NCBI GenBank assembly: GCA_034667685.1
Contig: JAXDQU010000049.1
Span: forward strand, 1 to 30,123
Direction: 5' to 3'
DNA: 30,123 nucleotides
Origin: Thermoplasmata archaeon
Lineage (GTDB): Archaea > Thermoplasmatota > SW-10-69-26 > JACQPN01 > JAJPHT01
Notes under the pieces: model-generated
Told to the model about the DNA's origin: nothing
What the model saw: the letters and a program-made list of their open reading frames with translations, nothing else
The model's database searches: none
Translations under genes and position numbers: made by a program
Part shown: positions 26,427 through 30,123 of the stretch, piece after piece
How the letters are laid out: each line of letters starts with the position of its first letter
Numbering within the stretch: position 1 is the first letter of the stretch

Positions 26427-27152
26427 ATGTCCGGGGACTGGTCGATCGTCCTCCGCCCGACGTCGCGCCGGATCCTCGGCGCGCTCCTCGGGGGCAGCAG
26501 GTCGCTCACCGACCTCGCCCAGACGACCGGGCTCTCCAAGCCTTCGCTTCAGCCCCACTTGAAGGAGCTCGCGGCCTTGGGCGTCATCGAGCGCGATGCG
26601 CGCGCCACCCAGCAAGGCCGGGAGGTGCGATATCACCTCAGGAATGCCTCGCTCCACCTGGAGCTCGACCTCGTGACGTCGACGGCCATCGGCTGGGCCA
26701 CCGCAGGCTTCGTGGACTGGCGTTTCCCGCTCACCGGGCAGATCCCGCAGGACGACGCGCGCGACGAGGTCACGCTCTTCTTGAGGCACGTCGGCCCGCG
26801 CATCCCCTCTGCCCTCTGGAACGACTCGTTCGTCATCCTGTACGGCTCGGCGGCGCGCGGCGAGGCGACGTGGAAGAGCGACCTTGACCTGCGGATGCTC
26901 TTCCCCAAGCCCGTCACGTCCAAGGTGGAGCAGGACATCGATGACGTGGTCGCTTGGGTACAGGAAACCCATCCGCACGCGCTGTCGGTCACCTTCGGCA
27001 CCGTCCAGGCGTTCATCGGATCGAGGAAGACCCTCGACCAGGAGATTGCCGCCGAGGGCATGATCGTCTGGGGCCCGCGAGCCCTCGAAGGCGAGGAGGT
27101 GAATCGGGCGCTATGGGAGCGGATGCGGAGATACAAGGCCATCTCGATCTGA
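26427..27152 (+). CDS. Winged-HTH (ArsR-like) fused to a minimal nucleotidyltransferase
   Basis: N-part RRILGAL…SLTDLAQTTGLSKPSLQPHLKELAALGVI…RY; C-part ILYGSAARGEATWKSDLDL (GSx10DxD). Confidence 0.85.
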   Translation: MSGDWSIVLRPTSRRILGALLGGSRSLTDLAQTTGLSKPSLQPHLKELAALGVIERDARATQQGREVRYHLRNASLHLELDLVTSTAIGWATAGFVDWRFPLTGQIPQDDARDEVTLFLRHVGPRIPSALWNDSFVILYGSAARGEATWKSDLDLRMLFPKPVTSKVEQDIDDVVAWVQETHPHALSVTFGTVQAFIGSRKTLDQEIAAEGMIVWGPRALEGEEVNRALWERMRRYKAISI

Positions 27153-27502
27153 GCCGAGAATGGCTGGAAGCAGCCGAGACGCTTCTCGTCAAAGGCCTGT
27201 TGGCGCCCGCCTATCACGATGCGGTCCATGCGCTGGAGCTGGCGCTGAAGGCCGCGCTCACCTCCCTTGAAGTCAAGGTCCCCAAGGAGCACAACATCGC
27301 AGGCGCGTTCGGACTGCACTTCCGCGACCGCTTCGACGCCGCCGACCTTCGCCGGATCAACCGCATCCTCCGATCCTACAACGGGCCCCGCTACCCGGAC
27401 TGGGAGGCGCCCGCTCACACCGAGATTGAGGGGGACGTCGCGTTCATCGGGCAGCTCGTGCGCCAAGAGATCCCGCGTCTCGTCAAGGAGGGCCGGCCAT
27501 GA
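27113..27502 (+). CDS. HEPN domain protein
   Basis: EWLEAAE.L…AYHDAVHALELALKAAL…PKEHN…PRYPD is the classical HEPN pattern. It overlaps the MNT gene end. Confidence 0.82.
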   Translation: MGADAEIQGHLDLSREWLEAAETLLVKGLLAPAYHDAVHALELALKAALTSLEVKVPKEHNIAGAFGLHFRDRFDAADLRRINRILRSYNGPRYPDWEAPAHTEIEGDVAFIGQLVRQEIPRLVKEGRP

Positions 27503-28500
27503 ACATCGTCATGGTCGGCGCAGGCATGATCCCCATCCCACCGCCCGGCTACGGCGCCGTGGAGAAGCACGTCTGGAACCTGAGCGAGGCGCTCCGCGCG
27601 CGCGGGCACGAGGTGCGCATCGTCAACGAGGTCGTGGGCACGCGCAGCGTGGACGAATACCGGTGGGCGCTGCGCGCGAAGCGGCTCGTCACTCAGGAGC
27701 CCTGGGACGTGCTGCACCTCCACACGCCCGGCGTCGCGACGGTGTTCCGCGCGCTCGGGCCGCGCCGCTGGGTCTACACGACGCACAGCCGCCACTGGGC
27801 CGGCACGCAGGGCGCGGGGGAGAAGATCGGATTCTTCCTGGAGCGGCAGGCGGTCGCGCACGCCAAGGAGGTCATCGCCGTCTCGCGCTTCGTCGCGGAC
27901 CAGATCGACCGGCCCACGCACGTCGTGCCCAACGGCGTCGACGTCGCGCGCTACAAGCCCGACCTCGCCGCGCGCACCGGCAAGCGCGTCGTGGGGCTGG
28001 GCGAGGTCGCGTCGCACAAGCGCTGGCACCTGGCGGCCCAGGCCGTCCGCGGGCTCGGCTGCGAGCTTCGCATCGTGGGCCCCATCCGCGACCCGCGCTA
28101 CGCGAACCAGGTCGAATCGCTTGGGGCGAAGCTCCTGGGCCCGATGGACGAGGCCGAGGTGATCCGCGAGCTGGCGCAGGGCGACGTGCTCGTGCATCCC
28201 AGCGTCACCGAGAGCTTCGGCATGGCGGTCGTCGAGGGCATGGCGTGCGGGCTGCCCGTCGTGTGCAGCGACCTGCTCTCGTTCCTCGTCACGCACGGCC
28301 AGGAGGGCTACCTCGTGCCCACGAAGGGCGGCGACGAGGCGCGCGTCGAGGCGTTGCGGGCGCGGCTCTCCGAGCTTCTCGCGGACGCGGGCCTGCGCGA
28401 GCGCATGGGACGCGCGGCGCGCGAGCGCGCGGTGGCGGGCTACGCGTGGGACAGCGTGGCGGCGCGCGTCGAGGCCGTGTACCGGAGGATGGTCATGTGA
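27499..28500 (+). CDS. Glycosyltransferase family 4
   Basis: IPPPGYGAVE, VVPNGVD, ESFGMAVVEGMACGLPVV. Confidence 0.92.
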   Translation: MNIVMVGAGMIPIPPPGYGAVEKHVWNLSEALRARGHEVRIVNEVVGTRSVDEYRWALRAKRLVTQEPWDVLHLHTPGVATVFRALGPRRWVYTTHSRHWAGTQGAGEKIGFFLERQAVAHAKEVIAVSRFVADQIDRPTHVVPNGVDVARYKPDLAARTGKRVVGLGEVASHKRWHLAAQAVRGLGCELRIVGPIRDPRYANQVESLGAKLLGPMDEAEVIRELAQGDVLVHPSVTESFGMAVVEGMACGLPVVCSDLLSFLVTHGQEGYLVPTKGGDEARVEALRARLSELLADAGLRERMGRAARERAVAGYAWDSVAARVEAVYRRMVM

Positions 28501-30065
28501 TCGGACGCAAGGCGCTGCTCTCGTTCGTCAACCTCGCCGTGGGCGCGCTGCTGGGCCTCGCGGCGCTGAAGTTCACGGCGCTCTACTTCGGCATCGAGGC
28601 GTACGGCCAGGTCGCGTACGCCATGAGCGTCCTCGGGATCGTCTACCTCTTCACGGACGTCAACATCGCCGAGGCGCACATCAAGCGCGTCTCGGAGGGG
28701 TGGGACATCCACGACTGCTTCAAGACGTTCGCGATGTTCAAGGTCTTCTCGACGACCGTCTTCGTCTCGATCGTGCTGGCGTTCCTCTACGTCTACGCGG
28801 TCGCGCTGGGCAAGCCGCTGGAGTCGACGACGTTCGGCGTGCTCTTCGCCGTGCTCGCGTACTACTGCGCCAAGAACGCCATGATCACCGCGCAGTCCAC
28901 GTTCGAGGCGAAGATCGAGACGGCGCGCGCGCAGGCGGGCAACCTCGTCGAGACGGTCGTGCGCGTCGCGCTGACCTTCGTGGGCGTGGGCGTCTTCGCG
29001 GGCGTGCTGCTCACCCACGTCGCGTGGCTGCGCGAGAACCCGGGCACGGTGCTCGCGGTGACCTACCTGGGCGGGGCGCTGGCGGGCGCCGTCTTCTCTG
29101 TCGCGCTCATGTGGCGCCTCGCCAAGGGGCGCGGCGCGTTCCGCTGGGAGATCATGCGGAGCTACTGGGCCTTCTCGATCCCGCTCTTCCTCGTCTCCGC
29201 GATGACGGTCCTCGCGACGTACATCGACCGCGCTGCGCTCGGCTTCTTCGGCGCCGCCAACGACGCCGCCGACCTCGCCGCGCCCCGCCAGCTCGTGGGC
29301 GTCATCGAAGGCCTCTCGGTGGCGGCGGGCGCGCTCCTCTTCCCCATCGTCAGCCAGCTCGCGGCGAAGGGCGATCGCGCGGCCGTCAACGACGCCGTGG
29401 ACCGCGCCGTGCGCTACCTCTCGCTGACGCTGCTGCCCCTGGTCGTCTTCCTCATCGCGTTCCCGGAGCGCATCATCCTGCTGACGCTGAGCGACGCCTG
29501 GCAGGGCACCGGCCTCGTGCTGATCCTGCTCTCCCTCTGGATGTTCCTCGCGATCCTCACGCGGCCCTTGCAACTGCTGCTCTTCGGCCTCAACGAGACG
29601 AAGGTGGCGGCGCGCATCGGCGTCACGGGCGCCGTGCTCAACACGATCCTCGTGATCGCGCTCGTGCCGGACGACATCAAGCTGCTCGGGCTGAAGCTCT
29701 TCGGCCTCAAGGCGGTGGGCGCCGCGATCGCGCTGCTGATCTCCGGCGCCGTCGTGTACGTCATGTTCCTCGTGGCCGCGTGGCGCGTCGCGGGCTACAG
29801 GCAGCGCCTCCACCTCTGGAAGCACGTCGCCGCGGGCCTCGTCATGATCGGCGCGCTGCGGGCGCTCGACGCCTACGGCCCCGTCCCGGTGGCGCACTGG
29901 TGGAGCTTCCCGCTCTACGGCATCCTGGGCGTCGCGGTCTACGGCGCGTGCCTCGTGGGGCTCCGGGAGCTCACGGCCGAGGACTTCCGGTACGCGAAGG
30001 AGACGCTCAACCCGGGCGAGATGCTCCGGTACGTGCGCGGCGAGCTGTTCGACCGCGAAGGTTGA
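28497..30065 (+). CDS. Oligosaccharide flippase (Wzx/MOP superfamily)
   Basis: About 522 aa with a dozen or more hydrophobic segments; YGQVAYA, YIDRAALGFF, LFPIVS, VLNTIL. Terminal gene of the GT operon. Confidence 0.88.
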   Translation: MIGRKALLSFVNLAVGALLGLAALKFTALYFGIEAYGQVAYAMSVLGIVYLFTDVNIAEAHIKRVSEGWDIHDCFKTFAMFKVFSTTVFVSIVLAFLYVYAVALGKPLESTTFGVLFAVLAYYCAKNAMITAQSTFEAKIETARAQAGNLVETVVRVALTFVGVGVFAGVLLTHVAWLRENPGTVLAVTYLGGALAGAVFSVALMWRLAKGRGAFRWEIMRSYWAFSIPLFLVSAMTVLATYIDRAALGFFGAANDAADLAAPRQLVGVIEGLSVAAGALLFPIVSQLAAKGDRAAVNDAVDRAVRYLSLTLLPLVVFLIAFPERIILLTLSDAWQGTGLVLILLSLWMFLAILTRPLQLLLFGLNETKVAARIGVTGAVLNTILVIALVPDDIKLLGLKLFGLKAVGAAIALLISGAVVYVMFLVAAWRVAGYRQRLHLWKHVAAGLVMIGALRALDAYGPVPVAHWWSFPLYGILGVAVYGACLVGLRELTAEDFRYAKETLNPGEMLRYVRGELFDREG

Positions 30066-30074
30066 TGGGCCATC

Positions 30075-30101
30075 TCGCCGCGCCGCAGCGCGGCGACAAA
30101 A
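30075..30101. terminator. GC hairpin downstream of the flippase gene
   Basis: TCGCCGCGC-CGCA-GCGCGGCGA is a perfect 9-bp stem, followed by CAAAA. Confidence 0.4.
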
Positions 30102-30123
30102 GGGGGGTTTCAGGGGGCGCAGC

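Overview
A very GC-rich window, probably archaeal; Thermoplasmatota-like is an inference. Support comes from an HVO_0476-type Zn-finger gene, TATA-like boxes about 25 bp upstream of apparently leaderless starts, and an archaeal-style surface protein. Left part (1-10.3 kb): a 1,000-aa secreted, membrane-anchored protein built from three ~310-325-aa repeats, small regulators (RHH-like, HTH, DtxR/MntR), a four-helix-bundle (23S-IVP/Avd-like) gene, tatA, moeA, a Zn-finger gene and folD. Right part (10.3-30.1 kb): a divergent surface-glycan cluster with rmlA/C/D, rfbF, an RmlD-like::RfbH fusion, two atypical SDRs, a cupin, an LhgO-like oxidoreductase, seven glycosyltransferases and a flippase; two different MNT-HEPN toxin-antitoxin modules are embedded in it. 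The most striking signal is a family of palindromic elements made of GAG(C/T)CCN heptamer arrays. One copy encloses the four-helix-bundle gene between inverted arms. The others are empty hairpins, one of which shares both inner-boundary motifs with the filled copy. An analogous nested octamer palindrome lies at 14.9-15.0 kb. All protein calls come from motif recognition by eye; no searches were run.
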